Source: Phallusia mammillata
Taxonomy: Eukaryota
Assembly: GCA_965637545.1 (NCBI GenBank)
Contig: OZ281495.1
Coordinates: forward strand, 3,348,001 to 3,412,000
Direction: 5' to 3'
DNA length: 64,000 nt
Positions 50,100-61,418 of this stretch are shown in pieces (position 1 is the first letter of the stretch; every line of letters begins with the position of its first letter). Position numbers and translations under genes: made by a program. The notes under the pieces were generated by a model. It saw only the letters and a list, made by a program, of their open reading frames with translations, searched no databases and was not told the DNA's origin.

Positions 50100-53000
50100 T
50101 TTCAGCACTCGCAAAAGAGAAAAGGTGCTTTTACACTTACGTACCGAGACCGCCGCGTTTAGTAGTCACCAGACCGTACATGGGTGGGGGCTGAAGTTTA
50201 AGCCAAAAAACGCCTCTTCGAAAACTGCGATTGTGTTTGCGTTGAAACTTGATTTTGTTTCATGGTTTGTGAAATGCCGTTGTGAAGCCACTATGCTTTG
50301 CTTTAAAAATAATAAGTTTATCGGTGGAAATACCATTGTTGAGCCAAAGGTTAAAAATTATTGTGGATACAAAAAAACAGCTTTAGTCGAGTCTCGCCAA
50401 CAATAAGGCTGGCGGGTCGAGGTAGAACGACACTTATGCGTGACGGGTAACCAACGCAGGCGCACCATTATCGTCTCACAACGATTGAAAGTGTTTGTAT
50501 CAATCTGTGTGATTCTGAAGTTATTGTGTTCGCTTGGTGCTGGCTGATCGTCACCACAACCCTTGAATTTCAAACTTTTGTTCATCGGTGATTCTTAACC
50601 ACTAATAGTCACTTCGTTCTACATATTGTCATTTTTCACTCATTATTTGATAATAATTGTCCACAATAACAATAACATTTTGTTGCCAAGCAACATACCG
50701 ATAAGCATGCAAATCATTTTCGCAAAGCATGTCTAACGCAGCTGCCACGTGACTACTACGCTTCTTCACAAACCTTCATGAATAAAATTGCAATTTTAAA
50801 TTTAGAATGTTCCACGTTTCTAAAAATCCTCGTTAACTGTAATCAGTTTCTTTAGCAATCACATGATATAGTAAGTTACCCGCTGAGCACAAATGATAGT
50901 TTAGAAACTATGTCTGTCAACAACACTACATGTATTCTGGGCCTTATATCCATGAAAATTTTCGACATTGGAAGTTTGGGCTATCTATAGTGCATGGGTC
51001 TAGTGGACTCACCAATCTTATTTGAAACACGACCTCACGCAGCACAAACTATTGCTTAACAAATAGTAACCGTTGATGTTTCAGATACAAATATTTCACT
51101 GGCATCATCACATTTGTCGCCTCCACTACTTCATTGAGCTCTTAACCTAATTTTCATTACTTGCGTTTGTATGATTTCTTGCATCTTTTCTATGTCCCAC
51201 CTATCATTTATGCTGTTGTCTTAGACCAGACGTTTAAAATGCAGCACACGTCAATGCTTTTGAATTGTGATGCACGTGACCCACCAAGAGATGAATTAAG
51301 CAATGTGACTTAAGGCAAAAGCTTTTCATATGACTTTAAGAACAAGATAACAACAACGGTATATATTATATAGTGGTAAACTGCATAGAAGAAATCCGGT
51401 AGGTGGTGCATCAGAGTTATAATTTGTCACTTTGTGCTCGGTACATTCGGCGAGAAAAAATGTATTTTCAAACTCGATTACGAGAGCGTGGGATAGCGGA
51501 CTGATTTTTGGGTAACTCTAACGTAGTTTCTTATTCTATGGCTGTTCTTTCGAAAACATGCTGTCATTGAGATACCGTCATTTAAAATCCAGTAGACTTG
51601 ACAAACTTATCAAAAACACAACCTTATGTAGCATTATGCTTAACAAATAGTAACTGTTCTGTCAGACATAAATATTTCACCGACATCATCACATTTATCG
51701 TCTCCACCACTTCATTGACCTTTTTATACATTCGTTTCTGTGGTAGCCAACACTTGCCCAGACAAAAGACTTAAAATGTCAAGCTAGGGAAAGGACAAGC
51801 TTTTTTAAAAGTATTGCCGCTCGTCACAAAGTCCTTTAGTAAAAAAAACATTTTGTAAATAACAAAATCCAATGCACAAAACACTTCAAATTCAAGTCTG
51901 CTCTACTTCTACTGCGTAAGTGCAGTCGCCTAAATAAAGAATGGACCGACAACACGACTCGTATGAATGAATGCGACTTACGTGCAGCAGCTGTACAGAG
52001 GAACGGTCTTTTTCACGTACGTACCGAGACCGCTGCGTTTTTGGTCGTCACCAGACCGTACAAGGGTATAGGGACTGAAGGCACAACATTTCCGCTTACA
52101 TAAACGACGAACCTGCTAAAAACAAGAATAATTGTTGTTGCGTAAAAACTTAGTCTTGGATCAAACTGAACAACAAAAACATGAAAAGTGCGGTTTCTCA
52201 AACTTCATGGCTGTATGTTGACCTAAGGAAGTTCCTCAATGATAAGTATAAGCGTTTCAATATCCGACATACATTTAATTGCAAGACGCGTTTGAACTGA
52301 AAAGTTGCACATTTCCAAGCTTATTTCAGAATGAGAACCGTAGCATTTACCAACTTTGCCACTTTCTCTATTTAAACTCTGCCACGTAACGTATCTGCAG
52401 CATACAAAGCAGCGTTTCCGATATTATAGGGTAGTAAATCAAAGACAGAAATCCACCGACAAATTAGTTGGTATAGAACTAAAGGCTAAAGATATGTGTG
52501 AATGCATAAATATAGCCTCTGCATTCGGTCGAGTCTCGCCACGTCACATAACCACAATAAAGCTAGTAGGTTGGGTAAAACGCCACTAAAGCATGACGGG
52601 TAACTTACGTAGGGGCTCAAGTATCACCACAACGATTAAAACGCGGCTGTTCACAAGGCGCAAGTGTTTGTATCAGTCTCAGTGATTCTGATGTTGGTGT
52701 TTGCTGTGTGCTGCCTGCCGCAAACACAACTCAAAAGCTGTTGCCAATCGGTGATTTTTATACTCTAACCTTAATTATTCGTTCTACGGATTATAGTCTG
52801 TATCATTGTTTTTGCATGTTGGTAGTTTTTGTGGTTATAATGTGGACCGACAACACGACTCGTATGAATGCATGCGACTTTTTTACTACAGCTGGAAGAA
52901 AAAAAAGATATTTTTCACAAACTCGCCTAAACCGCCCCGATCTTAGTTGCGTGAGACCGTACAAGGAAAGGGCTAAATGTAAAACGTTTTCCGGCTGAAA

Positions 53001-54400
53001 GAAACGAAAAACCTGCTCGAAAACAAGATCAATTGTTGTTGCGTTGAAACTTGGCCTTGAGTCAAACCGAGCAACTTAAATATGGAAAGTGTGGTTTGTG
53101 AAACTTCATGGCTGTATGTTGGGCTTTAAGGAAGTTCCTCAATGATAAGTATAAACGTTGCAATATCCAACATACATTGGTTATAAAAGAGACAAATATT
53201 ATGTCCGAGTATAGACGTCACCACACCAATAAACATGACAGCACGTTTAATCCATCTTGGATGCGTTGATAATACACTTAGGTCTAAGCTGGTCAGCTGG
53301 GTTTGTGTGGTTAATATTGCCAAACACACGACGAAATTGTTCAAATACCAAACGCCTTCAGAATGATATTTATATCTGCAAAGCATATTCCATCATCAGA
53401 ACGGCAGCATTAACCACGGAAAGTACCTCAAGCACACAAAGCAACGTTTCCAAAATTTTGGGGCAACGTGTAAGTCGAAAACAAAAGTCTATCGGCAGAT
53501 TTAAATGATACAGAACTAAAGGCTTAAGTTAGGCGCGGAGGCATAAATAGGCTTTTAGTCGAGTCTCGTCAGGTCGCTTTGCAGCAATAAAGCCGGTGGG
53601 TTGGGGTAAAATGCCACTGAGGCGTGACGGGAAACCAATGTCGTCTCACAACGATCGAAACTTGCCTAGACCGCCGCGTTCTTAGTTGTCACCAGACCGT
53701 ACAAGGTTAGGGGCTGAAGACAAAACATTATTCCGGTAAAATAAACGACAAAAAGCACGAAAAACGAACACAACAAACGATTGTGGTTGCGTTGAAACTT
53801 GGCCTTGTGTCTTAAACTAAACGACTTAAATTTCGAATATGTAAGGAGTGATTTGTAAAACAACATTATGACAACACTATGTTGTGCTGCTGTGAAAATA
53901 GAAACTGTATTAGTGATGAAATCATGAGTTGCTTCAAATTATTTTTTAAACACGCGTTTAAACAAACATCTTATGTATTTCTTATTTTAGAGTGTGAACT
54001 GCAGCATTTACCAACTTTGCCACGTACGTTTATTAGGCTCTGCTACGTAAAGTGTCCCAAGCATGCAAAGCAACGTTTCTCATATAGGGCTAGCAAATAA
54101 TTTTTGTTCAAAACTAAAGGTGAAAAATAGGTGTCTAGGCATAAATAAGCTTTCAGTCGAGGCTTGCCACGACACTTTGCAGCAATAAAGCTGGTTGGTT
54201 GGAGTAGAACGGCACTGAGGCGTGACAGGGAACCAACATTGGGGCTCAACTATGATCACAACGGTCGAAACGCATTTGTTTAATTGGCGCATTTGTATGT
54301 ATGAATCTGAGTGATTCTGTGGTGCTGGCTGCTGCAAACACAACTCAACATTTGTGAATCGGTGATATTTATACCCAAACCTTAATTATTCGCTCTGCGG
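50100..54400 (+). pseudogene. Gene X relic, copy 3 (inverted relative to copy 2), truncated at the Penelope-like insertion
   Basis: Reverse complement of segments of 33.8-40.5 kb. Exon-like units at 50387-50446, about 52.53-52.60 kb, 53559-53630 and 54157-54228. Confidence 0.55.
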
Positions 54401-54419
54401 AAACACGCTCCACAGGTTA

Positions 54420-55800
54420 TTTCTTTTTTGCATATTGCTAATCTTTCTGAGATATTGCTAATCTCCCTCGTGCTCAATTCCATATTTCAGCAAAGTGACA
54501 CTACGTTTAACGGGTTAAACAAGAGGCGTATGAAAAAACTGTTGCATTGGGCCGCTACAACTACCACCTTTCAATTTAACGGACAGTACTATAAGCAGAT
54601 CGACGGCATTGCGATGGGATCATCTATTGCACCTCTGCTACGAGATGTTTTTATGAACTATGTTGTCGACACCGCTTTAAAATCTACCACGACGGAAAAC
54701 AACCCTGAGATTCTGTGTCGTTACGTGGATGACCTTTTCTTGGTTTTTCCTTCCAAAACTGCTCTTCATGGGTTTTATAAAACCATAAACTCGGTACATC
54801 CCAACATCACCTTCAGCAAAGAAGAAGAGCAAAGCGGCACCATTCACTTTCTCGACGTCATGGTGGAAAAAACAAGCAACGGAGTTAAAACCTGTACCTA
54901 CCGGAAGCCAACCAACACTGGCCTTTACACCAAATGGGAAAGCTTCACACCTGCTCGTTATAGGCGGATTTAGTACTGTGTCTTCTAAACAGGGCCTTTA
55001 GAATTTAAGAAGGTCAAGAAAATGCTTGGAGCGAATGGATATCTCCACAACTTTGTGGACGGGTGTATTAAAGGGTTTCTGAACAAAAAACACCAATCGA
55101 AGGTATTAAACAACAGCTCCAACGAGGAGAGATATGTGGTTGCAAGACTTCCATTTCTCGGCCCAGTGTCTTACAACATTGCGCGTGAATTGGAGCATTT
55201 TGTTCGTCGAACCAGGGCCAACATCTGCTTACGCTTTATTCATGAAACTAACAAACTTTCACGGTATTTTCCAATAAAAGAGCTCCAGGAACATATCAAG
55301 AGAACTAACGTTGTTTAGCGGTTGGTTTGCAACTGCGGCGCTTCATATATTGGGGAAACGCGACGAAATCTGGCTGTAAGAATCAAAGAACATAGCATGG
55401 ACCAAAAATCAGAAGTGTGTCGGCACATTTTGTCGAATTCGACACATAAAGTTAATTTTGCCGAGCCGGAGATTTTGGACGCAAACCAAGACCGCGTGAG
55501 ACTGTTGTTTCTCGAATCGCTTTTTATTCAAAAGCATGACCCCGAGCTCAACATCGACACAGTTTCCATGCGTTGTGTCTGTTTAACACCTGACCCCTAT
55601 CTCCAGTTCTTATCTGTTCGTCTACGCCACCGTTCTAAACGCCGGTTCTCTGTTATCGTCTGTGACGTCACTTTACACATCTGGCTTTTACCTTTTTTTC
55701 CTTAGTGCTTTATATACCGTGTTCTACAGCTTAATTGAAAACATGTACTGATGATGACAACAGAGATTGTTGAAACATCTGAACGATGTATTCTTTATAT
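54420..55800 (+). mobile_element. 5'-truncated Penelope-like retroelement (RT + GIY-YIG endonuclease), frameshifted
   Basis: RT motifs FQFNGQYYKQIDGIAMGSSIAP, CRYVDDLF, HFLDV and TYRKPT (ORF 54428-54973). GIY-YIG motifs CNCGASYIGETRRNLAVRIKEH and FLESLFIQ..PELN (55322-55560). This RT plus GIY-YIG pairing defines PLEs. Confidence 0.92.
55748..55790 (+). ncRNA. Hammerhead ribozyme-like motif in the PLE 3' tail
   Basis: CTGATGA core, stem II gacaa/ttgtt, GAAAC, stem III catc-tgaac-gatg, then a GUA triplet. Stem I pairing is weak. Confidence 0.55.
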
Positions 55801-55862
55801 ACCACCACCTTGGCAGTAATGTTTATGTTTAAATTACTTTTCAAGCCCGTGTATAGTGTTCC

Positions 55863-57544
55863 GCAACAAGTGTCAGGAAGAAAAAGAAAAATTCTACAGT
55901 CAGCAATGTAGAGAAATTGAGCTCCTGGAATGCAACAACCCACAGCGGATGCATGAAAAAGTTCGGCAAGTAATATGGCGGCAGAAAATCTTGAAGAGAT
56001 GGCAGGAGTACCTAGGAGAACTGTTTGCTGATGACAGAAGACCACGCCCTAGTATTAACAAGACTGGTGGAATTGTGATACTTAAAGATGAAGTCGAACA
56101 AGCCATACAGAGTCTATCGAGGGGCAAAGCAACTGGCCCGGACGGGATCGCAATGGAAATGATCGAAGCTCTTGCCGATTTTGGAGTGAAAACGATAACA
56201 AACCTAGCCAATCGTATATACAATGAAGGTCATTTTCCAGTGGAGATGTGCAAACCTGTTTTCATCATTTTACAAAAGAAACCGAGTGCCACAAAATGCG
56301 AGGAACATAGAACCATCAGCCTCATGAGTCACCTCACGAAGCTTGTCCTTCGGATCCTACTTAACAGCATCCGAGGCAGAACGACTGGAGATGTCAGCGA
56401 AGAGCAGTACGGGTTCACTCCTGATAAGGGTACGCGGAACGCCATCTTCATTTTGAGGATGATAACGGAGCGAGCAATTGAAATGCAGCGTGATATATGT
56501 GCCTGTTTCATCGATTATGTGAAGGCATTTGATAAGGTCAGGCACGAACCATTGATCGAAATGCTGGAGACACTGGATATCGATGGGAAGGACATCGAAT
56601 TGATCAAGAATCTTTACTGGGACCAGCAGGCAGCAGTGAGGATAGATGGTGCGCTGAGTGAGTATGTGAACATCGAACGCGGAGTGAGGCAAGGGTGTAT
56701 CATGTTACCAGACCTGTTCTCCCTTTACACGGAAATGATAATGCGCCACATAAAGGAGCTGAAAGGTTTTATCATTGGCGGGGTAAATATCAATAACCTG
56801 AGATACGCCGATGACACTGCACTCATCGCCGACACAGAAGAGAAGTTGCAGAACATGATGAACGAGGAAAGTGAAATGAAAGGGCTTACCATCAATAAAA
56901 GAAAATCCTTCGTGATGGTTTTCACAAAGAAGCCTGTCACGCCGCCGTGCAACGTCAAAGTGAAAGGAGAGGTGCTAGAACAGGTCAGCCAATTCCAGTA
57001 CTTGGGCAGCATGTTAACATCGACAGGAAAGTGCGACATTGGAATCGCAAAAACATGAAAAGTGTTTTCACTTCTCGCTCGATCAGCATTGCAACAAGAC
57101 TTCGACTTTTGAAATGCTACGTGTGGTCGGTTCTTCTATATGGCTGTGAGTGTTGGACCATCAGCCAAACGTTGCAGAATCACCTGGAGGCAGCGGAAAT
57201 GTGGTTTCTGCGAAAAATGTTACGAATAACCTGGACGCAGAAGGTGCGAAATGACGCGGTGCTGCAGCGGGCTGGAACAACAAGACAGTTGATGTGGTCC
57301 ATCGTCACAAGACAGGTTCGATTTCTCGGCCACGTGCTTCGTAAGAAGCAATTGGAACATCTGGTGCTCAACGGGAAGGTGGAGGGGCGAAGAGATCGTG
57401 GTCGGCAGCGTATGAATTATCTAGGATGGCTGTCACGTGTCAGGGACAGATCGACGCTGGACATCACCTGGAAGTGTATGGAAAGACAAGAACATTTGAT
57501 TGTCGCCGACGTCAGACTCTGACAGGGCACCTCTATTGATTGAT
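55863..57544 (+). mobile_element. 5'-truncated RTE-clade LINE
   Basis: RT ORF 55856-57058 (KATGPDG, RTISL, QYGF, FIDYVKAFD, GVRQGC, LRYADD, FQYLGS) continues in a shifted frame (YVWSVLLYGCECW, EMWFLR). It ends in an (attg)n tail with a 13-bp TSD tgtatagtgttcc at 55850-55862 and 57545-57557. Confidence 0.93.
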
Positions 57545-57631
57545 TGTATAGTGTTCCTAAGTTTGATTTTAGTTTGGAGATCCAAGACAGGTTCAACGGT
57601 TTCTTTTCGTTTGTCTTCTTTGTAATATCTA

Positions 57632-58135
57632 TTGTTAATTGCTGTTAATGTTAATTACATTATATTTCTGCATCACTGTCTGCCAACGATGAGTTTTGTG
57701 GCAAATGCTATTTCGTACTCGGATTTATCAAATATATACGTTGACCCTCAACCTTATGATTTATTGGATGTGGATGCAATTCTAGCTAGTTCTGCTGAGA
57801 TGTCTTTAGAAGACCAGTTCACCTTAGACGAGTGTTTAAACAACCTAATTCACTTGTTTGCATGCACGTCTGCGTCAGTCGACTCCCGAAACAAGGAAGC
57901 TGTTTCCCCAGTCCGGATTTATAGCGACCTGGACGACGCAATTTCGCCTGATTGCGCAGAAGCCGGTCACGGCAAGGGAAGTATTATATCATCCAAGAAA
58001 GGTGCCTCAAACGGATTTATCAGTATCCTGCATATATTGGACATCGAGCATACGCGCCCGGCTGCAGTAAGCGACGAGTTCATACCGTCCCGAGCTGAAG
58101 ATCTCTTCTCGGGAGAGCTCAATTCAGCTCAGTAA
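57632..58135 (+). other. Orphan acidic ORF (167 codons; about 149 from the ATG of MSFVAN)
   Basis: A long, uninterrupted, GC-richer frame with no recognisable motif. Confidence 0.25.
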
Positions 58136-60039
58136 AAATACTGGGCTGAGCCCGAGAAACGCCAGCATCAAACCCGCGAGGCCTTTGGAAATATATTCGA
58201 AGCCAAGTGGAAGGAATTTTAACCGATTGGAATTATCGTTTACGCCAGCTTGGCCGTGTTTACGCCACCCGTGTCGTTTAGACACGCAGCGACCCGTATG
58301 GAAATCGCTACAACCGTTGCCCCAGTTACACGGTTGTTAGATTGTACCAGACGGTGTTTGCGTGGTTAATCAATCCTATCGTTTCACGTGAAAATATTGC
58401 GCACTACAAGCCGCATCAGATGTGAGCAATATTTATGATGTTTTAGCAGGGTTGACTACAAATATACAAATATGAGTCCTTTACGGGATGAGACCAACTT
58501 TATGCTACCAGTACCTTTCTACTTGTTTATGTTATTTCGTGGAAAGGGAAGTATATTGTGTATGCAAACCTAATGAAAGAACCAAGCAACTTATTCGGCC
58601 GATGTTCTACTTGTTTACGATACATTTCTGCGTGATTTCGGCCTTTTTGTTTGTAGGTGGATTGTTTTATTGTTCTTTACCAGAAAAATAATAATGGAGT
58701 CAATGAAGTACTGATAGTATTGGTACAAATTATCTTGTTTTAATTGTTTTTTAAATTTTTACCAGTGGTTTCAAGAACGTTTATTTACAGCTTTTTGATG
58801 CTTCTTGGATAGTCAACTGGTCAATTTTTATGAATTAATTTTGTAATTATGTAACCACAACTGTGCAAAAAGAAAAGTACAAGAGAGGTGCTGCTGTTGA
58901 AATCTTACCAGGATGGAAACACTATTCATATGAGCCTATGACCCTATGTGTAGGTGGATTTTGGTATAAATTCTAAATGTATTGCTTCTTTAACAACTAT
59001 GATTTGTTGCAGAACTTTTCCTAATCTACATGTCTATGACTGATTCAGCAACTCCAGTGCCCTGTTCAATAAACTTCATGGCAAGAAAAGAAAATGTTGT
59101 GTATGGATTTCCAGGTTGGCATACTTGAATAAAAATGTAGTTTCTGCTGATCAACTGTTTCATATGTTTCCAGAGTTTAAGACATGATTTTGTGACATGT
59201 TTGTCTGACAACAGAAAGGAATTTCCCTATGAAAACCTCATCAAACATCACATTGCAAAATGGTGAAGTTACAAATATTAGAGAAAGAGATGCCACAAGC
59301 CAACGAATACACTTTTTTCCTCACATTTGACACCATCTAGCAGCATTGTGATTGTGCAACAATGTGCAAGTTTATGCACATGCATCTTCTTACATTTAAG
59401 CTTTTTTATGTGTTGTTATATGATTGTTTTCTTTGCACTTATGCAATCTTGTGTTTTCTAAATTGTGTTCATTTATGTTATTGCTTCTATATTGCCCACT
59501 TTGAAACATAAAGTGTCTGTAAAACAGGAAAGTGTGTTTCAACAGCAATGACAGAAGTAAACTAAATCCAATATTGCTGTTGCAATTGCTTTTAGTAACA
59601 TTTTACAGTGGGATGACGATCAACATCATATTTTGTCACAAAATAAACTAAACAGAATTTCGTATCAACTTTCTTAAGACGTAGAAACACTCAATATGTC
59701 GAGCACATTGACCCAGTTTTCTTAGCAACAAAAGTCGTTCACGCCAACCGCATTGCCGGTGTGAAGGGTCAACGTCGCGCCAAACGTTACGCGGCAAATC
59801 CGCCAACAACCGCCGGCGCTGACATCGCTAGCCGTCACCGTCAACCGCGTCTGGTGTGCAGAGCCCTTAATAAAGACACAAATCACGAAGCTTCAGTAAA
59901 CGCCCAAGCCATTCTCTCCACTGTGTTGCTTCCGATTCTAAAATGCAGTGTTCCCAGCCAATTCTACGCTTTCTCAGACCCCGGAGTAAAAGTTTAGCTC
60001 TAAGCATGTACCTTGCAACAAATCGTCAAAAATGTCAGC

Positions 60040-61230
60040 AATAAGGGTCGCATTTTCCAAATCAAACGAATTGCGTTAGTTGCCACGAGAGGCCTGCAGT
60101 GTTCAAAGTAAGTAATGTGAAGTGACATTACCAGTCTAAACACGCCGACACATTAGCAATGTCGTGAAAACCCGGCAGCAATTTTCACGAGGGGCTGGGG
60201 TCTAACGTTTATATCACTAAGGCTAGTTACGAAGTAGCCATGATAATAGCTAAAGATCGTTTAAAGAGGGTGCGTTTGTCAAAGTGGCATGAAAATGGTG
60301 GAGAATATATGTGTCCTGATAAAAATAAATACACACTGATTTGCAGTAAAGTTAGCGAATAAGAGGAAAATCAATTAAATTATACTGCATGATTTGTCTG
60401 TATGCTCTCTGCGTAAAAGTTCTAAATTTTGATCAAGTTACGGAAACAGTGTTAAAAGCAATCATGCAATGCTTTGCGTTTAAGAGCCCTGCGCCACCGC
60501 CAGTTTCAGCAGTTTTTGCTTGACATCCAGACAGAATGCAGAGATGTATTTTATCACAGCGATGTTGGGTTACTAAGTCGACGGTCGGCAGTGCAGAGAT
60601 TTATCAGAACCTGTGTGGCTTACAGATTTGTTTTTTTTCGTTGACATGACAGAGCATCGCACTTCAAGGACGAGATGCAACTGTTTGACACATTTATACT
60701 CACACGAAGCCTTCAACCTTCAGAACTAAGTTAAATGTTTTTCGAAGACACCTATGTTAAACAGAGACCTGCACCACAGACTTTCCAGGTTAAAAAAGTT
60801 CTTGACAAACTTTCCTCACAACAGAATGCGTACTAATAGCTAGGTTTGCAAGAGTTGTAGCATCTTTTTCTGATGAATTCTCAAGTCGCTTTTGGGATTT
60901 TGCGACTGTTGAAAAGTAATTATGCTTTTCCTTTCTCCCCTGACAGTAGATCCAGACGATGTTCCGTCCCAGTTGGAGCTCATTGAACTGTAATGTGGTT
61001 AGCGAAGAAAATGTTTCTTGTTGCGTTAGTTAAACATTCGTTAAAACTGTTTGCGCAATAAAACGCATTACCTGTTTTGTGCCATTGTTTATTATTCTAC
61101 TGCTTTTGTTAGCAGCTTTGAAAACAAAACGACTTTTGTCCGGTCGTGTATTTGTGTTCTAATTCTACGGTTAATAACTTCGCAAAAAATGTTGTCCCGC
61201 GGGCGTCTTGACCTGATAAAGGTTGGCCCC
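60040..61230 (+). mobile_element. Decayed, internally deleted hAT (Charlie/SPIN-like) transposase
   Basis: Broken frames give ASYEVAMIIAK..EG.FVK, YCMIC..ALCVKVLNF (the HCIIH..LCAK motif), RALRHRQFQQFL..DVFYHSDVGLLSRR..VQRF (the YH..VRWLSRG..RF motif) and ELIEL. Confidence 0.75.
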
Positions 61231-61418
61231 CACAAAAAACCTGCAAAATACAAATAACTGACAAATAACTTTGAGATATATGTCAAAAACATTTTGTCCC
61301 TGTTTTACTCCAGGTTTACTTTTTGTCTCTCTGACCAAGCGTTGCTGTCAATAGAATTTACAAACTAATAAAAAAATAAAAAAAGCTGATCAAACTTGCC
61401 TATCTGAACAAAATAAAA

